Shown here: one piece after another, positions 33,934 to 42,946 of the stretch
Numbering within the stretch: position 1 is the first letter of the stretch
How the letters are laid out: every line of letters starts with the position of its first letter
NCBI GenBank assembly: GCA_016178135.1
Contig: JACOTW010000003.1
Coordinates: 472-64,471 of the forward strand
Reading direction: 5' to 3'
DNA length: 64,000 nucleotides
Source: Candidatus Saccharimonadota bacterium
Lineage (GTDB): Bacteria; Patescibacteriota; Saccharimonadia; Saccharimonadales; JACOTW01
Made by a program: the position numbers and the translations under genes
The notes under the pieces: generated by a model
Database searches by the model: none
Seen by the model: the letters and a program-made list of their open reading frames with translations, nothing else
Told to the model about the DNA's origin: nothing

Positions 33934-35270
33934 CCTTTGGTGCGCAATAGGTCAATTGCCAGGGCGGCGGTCCAGGAGAAGTTTTGAACGCCATCAGCAG
34001 TACCGGTTAGAGGATCAAAGTATTCGCTAAAACCCGATTTGGCCACTAGCTCAATGGTAGATTCTTGTAAGGCGGCAGCGTGATCTTTGAACCCCATACG
34101 GTTTAAGCCATCAATAATAAGCCAGTTGGTATTAATCCATGTCGGTCCCTGCCAGTAGGCCCCAGAATTAAACCAGGTAGAATTTATGGGTACACTTGGC
34201 ACCGGAAAGGCGGGTCCAAACAGATGTTGATTTTCTAACATTTTAACAAGGGTGTTGGCGCGTTCCTGGCTGATAGTACCTGCATACAAAGGTATTAACG
34301 CAGCTATACTGGGCTCTTTTAGCATTGTGTGCGTAACAAAATTTCGTGAATAATACTGGCTACTGTACGGATCCCATAGCTGTTCCAGGGCGGCTTCTGT
34401 TTTTTGCATTGAATCTAATAATTCATGAGGTAAATCAAATCGTATAGTTTTAGCCATATGCACTAAATGCTGGTTGGCCCTAATGAAAATACAGTTGAAA
34501 GTTAGATCTTCTATAGCGAATAAAGAGTGAGTTAGGACACGGCTAATATCGTAACGTTTACGTCTAAGTCGTCGTTGTGTGCTGTATAGGGCTAGTGCGT
34601 CTATTGTGTCCAGTCGTTGTTCGGCTGGTACATAATGAGTATCGCGCCGGAACATAGTTATCAAGAATTCGAGATGTAATTTCTTTATCAGAGTAATCCA
34701 GCCCGCCATTTGATGGTCATGCAGTTCGCTCATCCATGGTGGTGTATTATCAAGACCGGTTTCCCATGGGTGGATTTGTAATGCCAGACCTTCATTATGC
34801 GGATCGCGCTCTTTATACAGCCACTGGTGATGCTTGATCAGTGCTGGTAACACAGTCCTATACCAAGTACGTCGTTCTGGTAGGCTTAGTTTTTTACCGA
34901 TTTGTACAGCTGCTTCTGCTAAAACTGGTGGCTGGGTGATACCACTAGTATTGACGTCATCTGGTGAATATGGACTTAGCCAGCCACGCCAGATATTTTT
35001 GTCTCGAGCATGAACTTGATCGCTCAAAATATTATGCGGGATCATTCCGTTGCTCCATTGGCCACGTAACAGGCTTAATAACTCGGTTTTTGCTCGTTCA
35101 ACATCTAAATGACGTAATCCTATAGCTACAAAACAACTATCCCATAACCATTGATGAGGATAAAGGCCTTTGGCAGGTACAGTATAAGAACCCTGATCGT
35201 TCATTTCCAGTACTGTTTTAGCGGCTTCCAAGATAGTAGTTGATTTGGTATCCGACGATTGGTTTTTCAT
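33930..35270 (-). CDS. (alpha/alpha)6-barrel glycoside hydrolase (GH63/mannosyl- or glucosylglycerate-hydrolase-like, debranching-type)
   Basis: YPHQWLWDSCF…, IHPWETGLDNTPPW, C-terminal GFSEYFDPLTG…WTAALAIDLL motifs typical of six-hairpin glycosidases. Confidence 0.5.
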   Translation of the reverse strand: MKNQSSDTKSTTILEAAKTVLEMNDQGSYTVPAKGLYPHQWLWDSCFVAIGLRHLDVERAKTELLSLLRGQWSNGMIPHNILSDQVHARDKNIWRGWLSPYSPDDVNTSGITQPPVLAEAAVQIGKKLSLPERRTWYRTVLPALIKHHQWLYKERDPHNEGLALQIHPWETGLDNTPPWMSELHDHQMAGWITLIKKLHLEFLITMFRRDTHYVPAEQRLDTIDALALYSTQRRLRRKRYDISRVLTHSLFAIEDLTFNCIFIRANQHLVHMAKTIRFDLPHELLDSMQKTEAALEQLWDPYSSQYYSRNFVTHTMLKEPSIAALIPLYAGTISQERANTLVKMLENQHLFGPAFPVPSVPINSTWFNSGAYWQGPTWINTNWLIIDGLNRMGFKDHAAALQESTIELVAKSGFSEYFDPLTGTADGVQNFSWTAALAIDLLRTKG

Positions 35271-35295
35271 ACTATACAGTATACCGGACTTATGT

Positions 35296-35793
35296 TTAGC
35301 GATAATTGGTAAAGCTTAATGGGAAATTAAAATCTTTGGATTTAATTAATTGCATGATGGCCTGAAGCTCATCTTTGCTGTTGCTGGTGACTCGAACAGT
35401 GTCGCCCTGAATCAAGGGTTTTGCTTTTGGAAAATTGTCGCGAAGCAAGACAGTCAGCTGTTTAGCCTTTTCCCGATCAAGTCCTTGAATAAACGGCACT
35501 TCTTTGGTAGTTTTTAGATTAGATTCGACAGATTCCTTGGATGTGTCCAAAACTTTTTGATTCTGTTCGCGAGCAGCTAGTTTCTTGCGAATAATGTCTA
35601 GGATAGCATCAATTTGCCACTCGCCGCTACCAGTTACTTTGAGTCCGCTTTTAGCATCATTAAGCCATTCAATTGCCGCAGGAGTACCCTTAAAATCATA
35701 ACGACTATCCATCTCTCGCTTAGTCTGGTCAAAGACGTTGTTCATCTCTGCTTTATCATATTCACTAACTATATCAAAAGAAAAATTCGTCAT
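35296..35793 (-). CDS. yajQ: YajQ-family nucleotide-binding protein (UPF0234)
   Basis: FSFDIVSEYDKAEMNNVFDQTKREMDSRYDFKG matches YajQ N-terminus. Confidence 0.85.
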   Translation of the reverse strand: MTNFSFDIVSEYDKAEMNNVFDQTKREMDSRYDFKGTPAAIEWLNDAKSGLKVTGSGEWQIDAILDIIRKKLAAREQNQKVLDTSKESVESNLKTTKEVPFIQGLDREKAKQLTVLLRDNFPKAKPLIQGDTVRVTSNSKDELQAIMQLIKSKDFNFPLSFTNYR

Positions 35794-35796
35794 AGT

Positions 35797-36258
35797 TTAG
35801 GATAATTTAAGGGGTATCCCTTCCTTCTTAGCGATTGCTTGCGCCCAATTGACAATCGCTTGAAGCTTGTTTTGCATTTCGCGGAGTTCTATTTCGGTAA
35901 TATTCGGCAGTCTTTTTTCAATTTCTAGCAATCGGTCTAAAATTTCTTTGATATCATTGGTTTGGGCTTTTTGTTCGTTAGCTATATGGTCTACGGTTAT
36001 CTTCAGTTTGGTATACTGCCTCTCCAATCCGGCAATACGATTTACTAAACTGCCAACATTACCCTCTATATTTCCCATTCTAGTTTCCAACCCATCCATC
36101 CGACCATCCAACCCATCCATCCGATCTTCAAGTTTGCCCATGCGATTATCTAAACGGATAAAACCATCACTGGTCATCTGCATACTTTCTTGCAGAAGCT
36201 CCAGAATGTCATCGTTTGTTACAGGTTTTTGAGGCATAGCAACTATATTATAAGTCAT
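35797..36258 (-). CDS. Hypothetical coiled-coil protein with RMDGLxGRMDGLETRMGNIEG repeats; start at MTYNIV
   Basis: ORF with promoter-box copy (36266-36290, minus strand) ~8 nt upstream of ATG. Confidence 0.4.
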   Translation of the reverse strand: MTYNIVAMPQKPVTNDDILELLQESMQMTSDGFIRLDNRMGKLEDRMDGLDGRMDGLETRMGNIEGNVGSLVNRIAGLERQYTKLKITVDHIANEQKAQTNDIKEILDRLLEIEKRLPNITEIELREMQNKLQAIVNWAQAIAKKEGIPLKLS

Positions 36259-36295
36259 TCGGTTGCTATATAGAACTTTCGCACTTTTACGTCGC

Positions 36296-36376
36296 AACAG
36301 ACCACAGCTGACTGACTGCAAACTGTCTGTATTCTCTCGATGTACCTACGGGTACCCTTCAAGAATCCAAACAGTT
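36296..36376. repeat. Degenerate central fragment of the MITE family
   Basis: gctgcaaactgtctgtattctctcgatgtacctacgggtacccttcaagaatccaaacagttttcgt. Confidence 0.6.
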
Positions 36377-36398
36377 TTCGTACCAATCATCTGTACTC

Positions 36399-36433
36399 TG
36401 TTATCAATGCAAAAGTGCGAAAGTCCTATATAA
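36399..36433 (+). promoter_or_regulatory. Recurring CTGTTATCaATGcAAAAGTGCGAAAGTCCTATATAAT promoter-like box upstream of pheS (very short leader)
   Basis: Same box as 45548-45583 over ~35 nt; TATAAT ends 11 nt before pheS ATG. Confidence 0.5.
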
Positions 36434-36443
36434 TACATACCAA

Positions 36444-37481
36444 ATGAGTTATCAGAATAATAAAATTACGGAAGTTGCCGAGGCACTAAAAAAACGCTTT
36501 GAGGAGCTTCAGATAAAATCTGACATCTTAAAAGCTATTGAGCTCAAAGCTCTGTACGCAGAAATACCTAGTCTGGCCGCAGAAGAACGGGCGATGTTTG
36601 GTAAAGAGATCAATGACCTAAAAGCAGAGCTAGAGGACATGGTGGCAGCTCATAAAAATCAAGCAGAAGAGCTACCGTCAATTGATGTCACGGCACCATT
36701 TGACACTAATCTATCCCCAGAGAAGCGGCCAGCATTACTTGGTCCAGAGCTGGGTAGCAAACACCCCTTGATGACTGAAATGGAACTGGTTTTGGACATC
36801 TTCTATCGCATGGGCTTCAATGCTATAGAATCACGCCAGTTAGATGATGATTTTCACATGTTTGGTAGTCTAAATTTCCCAGAAGGTCATCCAGCACGCG
36901 ATGACTACGATACATTTATGACAACCGAAGGCCTGATTGCCCCCGCTCATACAAGCACTATGCAGAACCGTGTGCTCAAAAAATACATTGGAAATCTAGA
37001 AAAGGACGGCCCGATTGCTGTTATTATTCCTGGTCGAGTATTTAGGAACGAAGATCTTGATGCTCGCCACGAGCATACCTTTTATCAGCTCGAAGGTGTT
37101 TATGTAGGCAAAGGTATCCATGCCGGGAACCTAATCGCGACTCTCAAAACATTTCTGCAAGAGTATTACCAGAAAGAACTAGATGTAAAAACCCAACCGT
37201 TTTACTTTCCATTTACAGAGCCAAGTTTTGAATTTGCGCTTAGTTGTCCATTTTGTGACAAAAAAGGCTGCCATGTATGTAGCTACAGCGGCTGGATTGA
37301 GCTACTCGGCTGCGGCATGATTCACCCGAACGTGCTGAAGATGGCCGGCATCGACCCTAACACCTACACCGGATTTGCCTGGGGTTGTGGTATCGACCGA
37401 TTGGTGATGATGAAATATGACATCGAAGATATCCGGCACTTTGAGTCCGGCAAGTTAGAATTCCTGAGGCAATTCTCATGA
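36444..37481 (+). CDS. pheS: Phenylalanyl-tRNA synthetase alpha subunit
   Basis: Class II motifs (FRNEDLDARHEHTFYQLEG, FTEPSFEF, GFAWGCGIDRLVM). Confidence 0.95.
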   Translation: MSYQNNKITEVAEALKKRFEELQIKSDILKAIELKALYAEIPSLAAEERAMFGKEINDLKAELEDMVAAHKNQAEELPSIDVTAPFDTNLSPEKRPALLGPELGSKHPLMTEMELVLDIFYRMGFNAIESRQLDDDFHMFGSLNFPEGHPARDDYDTFMTTEGLIAPAHTSTMQNRVLKKYIGNLEKDGPIAVIIPGRVFRNEDLDARHEHTFYQLEGVYVGKGIHAGNLIATLKTFLQEYYQKELDVKTQPFYFPFTEPSFEFALSCPFCDKKGCHVCSYSGWIELLGCGMIHPNVLKMAGIDPNTYTGFAWGCGIDRLVMMKYDIEDIRHFESGKLEFLRQFS

Positions 37482-37819
37482 AAATTGTTGATAAAATTTC
37501 AGTAACTGAGCTTAAGGAAATGGCTAAGAAGATGGATGGCAATATAGTAAAAGCCGACATAGACATAGTCAGGAAAATAGTGATTGTTGATATGCCTATG
37601 CACTTTGAAGGTGAGCAAGAGTTGCTGGAGCAGGGCTCAAAGCAAAAAGATATTTGGGGCATTAACCTGGTACCGGCACAGTATGGATCGGACGGGTTTA
37701 TTCTGTTTGACTCCATGATAAACATCAAAGTTCATCATAATAACCCTTCGATGGATATTAAATCAGCAGAAATCCGGTCGCAAATAAAAGCTATTATTGA
37801 CGAGGTGACCCATGAGTAA
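37478..37819 (+). CDS. Hypothetical protein (113 aa) inserted between pheS and pheT
   Basis: ATGA overlap with pheS stop. Confidence 0.4.
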   Translation: MKIVDKISVTELKEMAKKMDGNIVKADIDIVRKIVIVDMPMHFEGEQELLEQGSKQKDIWGINLVPAQYGSDGFILFDSMINIKVHHNNPSMDIKSAEIRSQIKAIIDEVTHE

Positions 37820-38126
37820 TTACCATACGCAGGCGTTAGCCAACGCCGATATCTTCACTATTATGGGCTCTATTTATGCAGAAGTAGCACGCTATGATTC
37901 GGCAATTGCCGCTAACCGGCCCCAGCAAGCTGTGCAAGCTATCGAGAGGGCACGGGAAATTATTGACTTTTCTCAATCTTTGGGGCAAATAACTAGCGCA
38001 CAAAAACAAGAGGTCAAGACTTTTAGCAATGTTTTGGCAAAGCGGACAGCCAAGAGCTATAAAACAAATCTTGACGATTATTTACTACCTTTTGCCGTAG
38101 CAGCAAGAATGAGGCAATTCAAATGA
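37812..38126 (+). CDS. Hypothetical helical protein (104 aa)
   Basis: Overlapping start/stop with neighbours. Confidence 0.4.
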   Translation: MSNYHTQALANADIFTIMGSIYAEVARYDSAIAANRPQQAVQAIERAREIIDFSQSLGQITSAQKQEVKTFSNVLAKRTAKSYKTNLDDYLLPFAVAARMRQFK

Positions 38127-38560
38127 ACAGGTATGACTATATGATTGCCGGTAGATGGCGAAATCATGAGAACATACGCCCACTTCTGGAGGGATTGCGC
38201 AAAGCCGGCAAGAAAGTCTACTGCTTTTTAGACAATGCTTACGACGGTAATGGGGTCTTTATAGACAAAACTGGTAATGGCGTTGAGGATTTTATGACAA
38301 AGCTTGAGACCACAGAAGATTGGCAGACTAACTCTACTTTTCGTAAGATTTATGAGAATGATATGAACGGGCTACAAGAATCCAAAGAATTTATTTTAGT
38401 TTTTCCGGCTGGGTTGGCGGCACATATGGAGCTTGGTGTAGCATTTGGCGGGGGCAAAAAATGTTACGGGATTGGAGAGCCCGAGAAGTACGAAACTTTA
38501 TATCTAATGTTTGACAAGATTTTCCCTGATTCAAAATCATTCTTGGAGTATGCCAAATGA
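38123..38560 (+). CDS. Hypothetical Rossmann-like protein, possibly nucleoside 2-deoxyribosyltransferase-like
   Basis: YDYMIAGRWRNHEN…VFPAG…ELGVAFGGGKK pattern; weak. Confidence 0.3.
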   Translation: MNRYDYMIAGRWRNHENIRPLLEGLRKAGKKVYCFLDNAYDGNGVFIDKTGNGVEDFMTKLETTEDWQTNSTFRKIYENDMNGLQESKEFILVFPAGLAAHMELGVAFGGGKKCYGIGEPEKYETLYLMFDKIFPDSKSFLEYAK

Positions 38561-41073
38561 AAATATCTTTGAATTGGGTTAAGGAATACACCAGGGTTGA
38601 TTTGTCAGTCGATGAGCTGGTGAAGAAAATTGGGGCACAGCTGGGTGCGGTTGAGGAAGTCATAGACCTCGGTAAAAAATACCAGGGAATTGTTATAGCC
38701 AAAGTCATCACGTGTGAAAAGCATCCCAATGCTGACAAACTGAGCGTCTGTACTATTGACGACGGGGGTATTACACCCAATGTCAAGAGGGATGAAAACG
38801 GCCATGTGGAAGTAGTTTGTGGAGCGCCAAATGTGGCCGCGGGGCAGACCGTTGCGTGGCTGCCGCCTGGCACAACCGTACCGAGTACGCACGACAAAGA
38901 ACCGTTTGTGCTGGAGGCCCGTGAGCTACGCGGCGTGATCAGTAATGGCATGATCGCCAGCGCCCACGAACTGGCGATTAGTGATGACCATAACGGTATT
39001 GTAGTTTTGAATGACGAGCTGAAGCCTGGCAGTAGTTTTGTGGAAGCATTCAAGCTGAACGATTACATCATCGACATAGAAAACAAGATGTTCACTCACC
39101 GGCCTGACTTGTTTGGTCAGCTTGGAGTAGCTCGAGAAATTGCTGGAATTACCCACCAACAATTCAAATCCCCTAACTGGTATGTCAATGTTTTACAAAA
39201 TGTTTTGAATCAAGACGGCCAGATTATTCCGTTAGAGGTCAAAAACACCTTACCAGAATTAGTCTCACGTTTTATGGCGGTGGCTGTAAGCAATATAGAG
39301 GTAAAACCAAGCCCTATTTGGTTACAGAGCTACTTAAGCCGAGTCGGAATTCGGCCAATTAATAACGTCGTAGATATTACCAACTACATCATGATGGAAA
39401 CGGCTCAACCGCTTCATGCCTATGACGCCGACAAGCTGCGACAAGTAGCAAGTAGCAAGGATCAAGTGGCAAAACTGGAAACCAGAAAGTCGCGAAAGGG
39501 CGAAAAGTTACGCTTACTTGGTGGCAAAGAAATAGAATTCGAAGACGATTCGACTATTGTCATCACGTCTGGTGATGTGCCAGTTGGCATCGGCGGAGTG
39601 ATGGGCGGGGCAGACACCGAGGTGGATGAAAATAGCAAGAATATTGTGCTGGAATGTGCCAATTTCGACATGTACTCTATACGGCGCACAGCTATGAGAT
39701 ACGGTTTGTTTACCGATGCTGTCACTAGGTTCAACAAGGGCCAGTCACCCCTGCAAAATGATAGAGTATTGGCCAAGACTGTTAGCATGCTTTGTGAACT
39801 AGCTGGTGGCAAGATTGCCAGTACCGTTCAAGATGTAAACAATGGCCTACCATCACCTAAATCCGTAGCGGTTGACGCGCAGTTTATTAACTCTCGTCTT
39901 GGCCTTAACCTAGATGGCAATGAAATGGCTAGTTTGCTGCGAAACGTTGAGTTTGAAGTAGAGATACGCAATACAACTGCCGGAGCCGGACTTGATGTTA
40001 TTGCACCTTTCTGGCGCACTGATATTGAGATTCCTGAGGATATTGTTGAAGAAATTGGCCGGCTGTATGGCTACGACCATTTGCCGGTAGTCTTGCCAGT
40101 AAGGAGTATCACGCCCCCTAAGCGCGACGAGCTGCTAGACCTCAAAGCCAAAATCCGCGATGTCCTAAGTACGGCTGGCGCGAACGAAGTGCTCACCTAT
40201 AACTTTGTCCATGGGGACTTGATGAGTAAAGTGGGGCAGGACCGATCGCATGCTTTTGAGCTTAGTAATGCGCTTAGTCCGGATTTACAGTATTTTCGTA
40301 CAGGCTTGACATCAAGTTTGCTTGATAAGGTTCATCCAAACATCAAAGCTGGTTTCGATAAACTTGCAATCTTTGAGCTAAATAAAGTTCATTACAAAGA
40401 TGAATGGGAGCCTGATGAGCCAGATATACCGCTGGAGGATAATCACCTAGCTTTAGTTGTCGCATATGATGTTAAGAGTCAGCCAAGTGGCGCTCCGTAT
40501 TATCACGCCCGTAAATACCTGGACCAAGTAGCGCGGGGGTTTGTTAATAGCCTGGTGCCACTTGAGAAATTTGACTTAAGCAAAGACGAATGGGGTCGAC
40601 AGCTGACGGCGCCCTACGAGCCAAAACGCTCAGCGGTTATTGTTAAAGATGACCAGATATGGGGTGTTGTTGGTGAATTTAAGTCGTCTGTGCGTAGAGC
40701 CCTGAAACTACCAGCTTATATTGCTGGTCTAGAGATAAATCTCGGTGTTGCGGCGGTCTATAAGCCCAAATATCGTCCCTTATCGCGTTTCCCTAAAGTC
40801 GAACAAGACATCACGCTCAAAGTCCCAAGCGAAGTGGCACACGGTGAAGTCGCCACTTTGCTTGAGAGCGAACTCGTTACTCGGAAAAATCTAGTATATG
40901 AACTCGTGCCACTAGATATTTATCAGTCCGAGAAAGACCCGGGTCACAAAAACCTGACATTCCGCCTAATAATTGCTTCATACGAAAAAACTATGGTAGC
41001 CCCTGAAGTCAATGGTTTGCTAGATGAAATGGCAGGCTTAGCTAAAGATAAATTGGGTGCGGAGCGAATTTAA
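38557..41073 (+). CDS. pheT: Phenylalanyl-tRNA synthetase beta subunit
   Basis: tRNA-binding N-domain, B3/4, B5, class-II-like core, FDX-like C-terminal domain; 838 aa. Confidence 0.95.
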   Translation: MKISLNWVKEYTRVDLSVDELVKKIGAQLGAVEEVIDLGKKYQGIVIAKVITCEKHPNADKLSVCTIDDGGITPNVKRDENGHVEVVCGAPNVAAGQTVAWLPPGTTVPSTHDKEPFVLEARELRGVISNGMIASAHELAISDDHNGIVVLNDELKPGSSFVEAFKLNDYIIDIENKMFTHRPDLFGQLGVAREIAGITHQQFKSPNWYVNVLQNVLNQDGQIIPLEVKNTLPELVSRFMAVAVSNIEVKPSPIWLQSYLSRVGIRPINNVVDITNYIMMETAQPLHAYDADKLRQVASSKDQVAKLETRKSRKGEKLRLLGGKEIEFEDDSTIVITSGDVPVGIGGVMGGADTEVDENSKNIVLECANFDMYSIRRTAMRYGLFTDAVTRFNKGQSPLQNDRVLAKTVSMLCELAGGKIASTVQDVNNGLPSPKSVAVDAQFINSRLGLNLDGNEMASLLRNVEFEVEIRNTTAGAGLDVIAPFWRTDIEIPEDIVEEIGRLYGYDHLPVVLPVRSITPPKRDELLDLKAKIRDVLSTAGANEVLTYNFVHGDLMSKVGQDRSHAFELSNALSPDLQYFRTGLTSSLLDKVHPNIKAGFDKLAIFELNKVHYKDEWEPDEPDIPLEDNHLALVVAYDVKSQPSGAPYYHARKYLDQVARGFVNSLVPLEKFDLSKDEWGRQLTAPYEPKRSAVIVKDDQIWGVVGEFKSSVRRALKLPAYIAGLEINLGVAAVYKPKYRPLSRFPKVEQDITLKVPSEVAHGEVATLLESELVTRKNLVYELVPLDIYQSEKDPGHKNLTFRLIIASYEKTMVAPEVNGLLDEMAGLAKDKLGAERI

Positions 41074-41076
41074 TCC

Positions 41077-42912
41077 ATGAAGTTATTCAAGAAATTTATC
41101 AGCGCCTTGGCGCTGTGCTTGTTAGTTGGCCTTAGCTTGTCTTCGGTGGTATATGGCGATACCAACGCATTCATGATCACTAATTTTTCTGCTGATTACT
41201 ACCTGTCTAAAGATGATCCCCAGGGTAGCATGCGTGTGGTTGAGCAATTGGACGTTAATTTTACAGATAATAATCACGGCATACTTAGGGCTATACCAAA
41301 CAGCTACAAGGGTCAATATCTAAAACTACACATCAATAATGTATCCTCTAAAACTGGCGCACCCAGTGACTTTACGACCTACGGGCAGAATGGCAACACG
41401 GTTTTAAAAATAGGCGACCCCGACAGAACTGTTACTGGGGTCCAGCAGTACACCATAGATTACACTGTCCAGAATGTAATTACTTTTTACAATGACCATG
41501 ATGAGCTGTACTGGGATATAAATGGCGATCAGTGGGGGCAATCTTTTCTGGGTGTTACCGCCAATTTTCATTTGCCAAGTGGCTTGGAGGTAAAAGGTCA
41601 AAAATGCTTTGCTCCTGATTTAGATGGGACAGACAATGCTTGCTCCATAACAAATAGTTCCGACAAGGTAACAACAAGAACATACGGTAGTTTGGGACCC
41701 AGAAAGACACTGACTGTAGTTTTGGCCTTCCCTAGAGGTTATTTCGTCGCTCCGACCTTCAAAGATAAATTAGTTGATTTTCTAAATGGTTTCTGGAAAA
41801 TTGGCGCGCTACCGCTATTTACCCTGATTGTTGGTCTTGTTCTCTGGTTAAAGTTTGGGCGAGATGCTAAAGGCAGGGGCGTAATAATTGCAGAATATGA
41901 TGCTCCAGACGGTCTAAGCCCGCTTGAAGTTGGGGCTATTGCAGATTTTAAGGTAGATAATCGCGATATTTCTGCCACCGTGATAGATCTAGCCATCAGA
42001 AAGTATATTCGAATTATCGAAGAAGACAAAAAAAGTATATTCAAGAAAAATAAAAAATATTCGTTCGAGTTGATGGAGGATATACCGGACTCGCATAAAA
42101 TTGACAACCTAAAACCTCACGAATTAACTTTGCTACAAGGCATTTTTATTGACTTTGATACTATTGCACTAGCCGGCAAAAATGGTTACATGGCAAAAGG
42201 TCTGGCGGTTGGCCTAGATAGCTTAAAAACGAAGTTTTATATCACAGTCAAGAACATTCGTGATGATGTAGGCAAAAACCTAAAAACCAACGGATATTTT
42301 GCCTGGAATTCCGTCAAGTATGCCTCCATTATAGGAGGCTATTCTATATTTTCATATATTATGGCTGGGATAATTTTGTCGCAGTTATTTTCAAATTTCG
42401 AAAGCCTGGGCTTAGTTGTCGGACCGGGGTTGATCCTTAGTGTCACTATGATGATCGTTATAATAATTATATTCGTAAAAATAATGCCCAGCAGAACGTC
42501 CAAGGGCGTCCAGGTCAAAGAACATGCCGAAGGTCTTAAGCTGTATTTAGAGACTGCCGAAAAAGACCGTTTAGCCATGTTACAGTCTCCAGATGCACCC
42601 TATGCTGCAAAATCTTCCGATCCAAAACGAACTGTAGAACTTTTTGAAAAACTTTTACCATACGCCATAGTATTGGGGGTGGAAAAGCAGTGGGCCAAAC
42701 AATTCGAATCTATCTACACGACACCACCGGATTGGTATAGCGGTAACTGGACTACATTTAATGCCGTTTATCTGACTTCTAGTTTAAGTACTAGTATATC
42801 GGCAATGGGCGCCAATTTTAGCTCTCCCAGCAGTTCGGGAAGTAGTGGTTTTTCGGGCGGTGGCGGTTTTTCGGGTGGCGGAGGTGGTGGCGGTGGCGGT
42901 GGCGGTTGGTAG
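41077..42912 (+). CDS. DUF2207-type membrane protein with signal peptide, extracytoplasmic domain, TM helices and C-terminal Gly-rich tail ending GGW
   Basis: C-terminal SSGSSGFSGGGGFSGGGGGGGGGGGW tail characteristic of DUF2207 family. Confidence 0.6.
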   Translation: MKLFKKFISALALCLLVGLSLSSVVYGDTNAFMITNFSADYYLSKDDPQGSMRVVEQLDVNFTDNNHGILRAIPNSYKGQYLKLHINNVSSKTGAPSDFTTYGQNGNTVLKIGDPDRTVTGVQQYTIDYTVQNVITFYNDHDELYWDINGDQWGQSFLGVTANFHLPSGLEVKGQKCFAPDLDGTDNACSITNSSDKVTTRTYGSLGPRKTLTVVLAFPRGYFVAPTFKDKLVDFLNGFWKIGALPLFTLIVGLVLWLKFGRDAKGRGVIIAEYDAPDGLSPLEVGAIADFKVDNRDISATVIDLAIRKYIRIIEEDKKSIFKKNKKYSFELMEDIPDSHKIDNLKPHELTLLQGIFIDFDTIALAGKNGYMAKGLAVGLDSLKTKFYITVKNIRDDVGKNLKTNGYFAWNSVKYASIIGGYSIFSYIMAGIILSQLFSNFESLGLVVGPGLILSVTMMIVIIIIFVKIMPSRTSKGVQVKEHAEGLKLYLETAEKDRLAMLQSPDAPYAAKSSDPKRTVELFEKLLPYAIVLGVEKQWAKQFESIYTTPPDWYSGNWTTFNAVYLTSSLSTSISAMGANFSSPSSSGSSGFSGGGGFSGGGGGGGGGGGW

Positions 42913-42946
42913 CGCAAATTATCGATAGCGTGGTAATCTTTTACTG

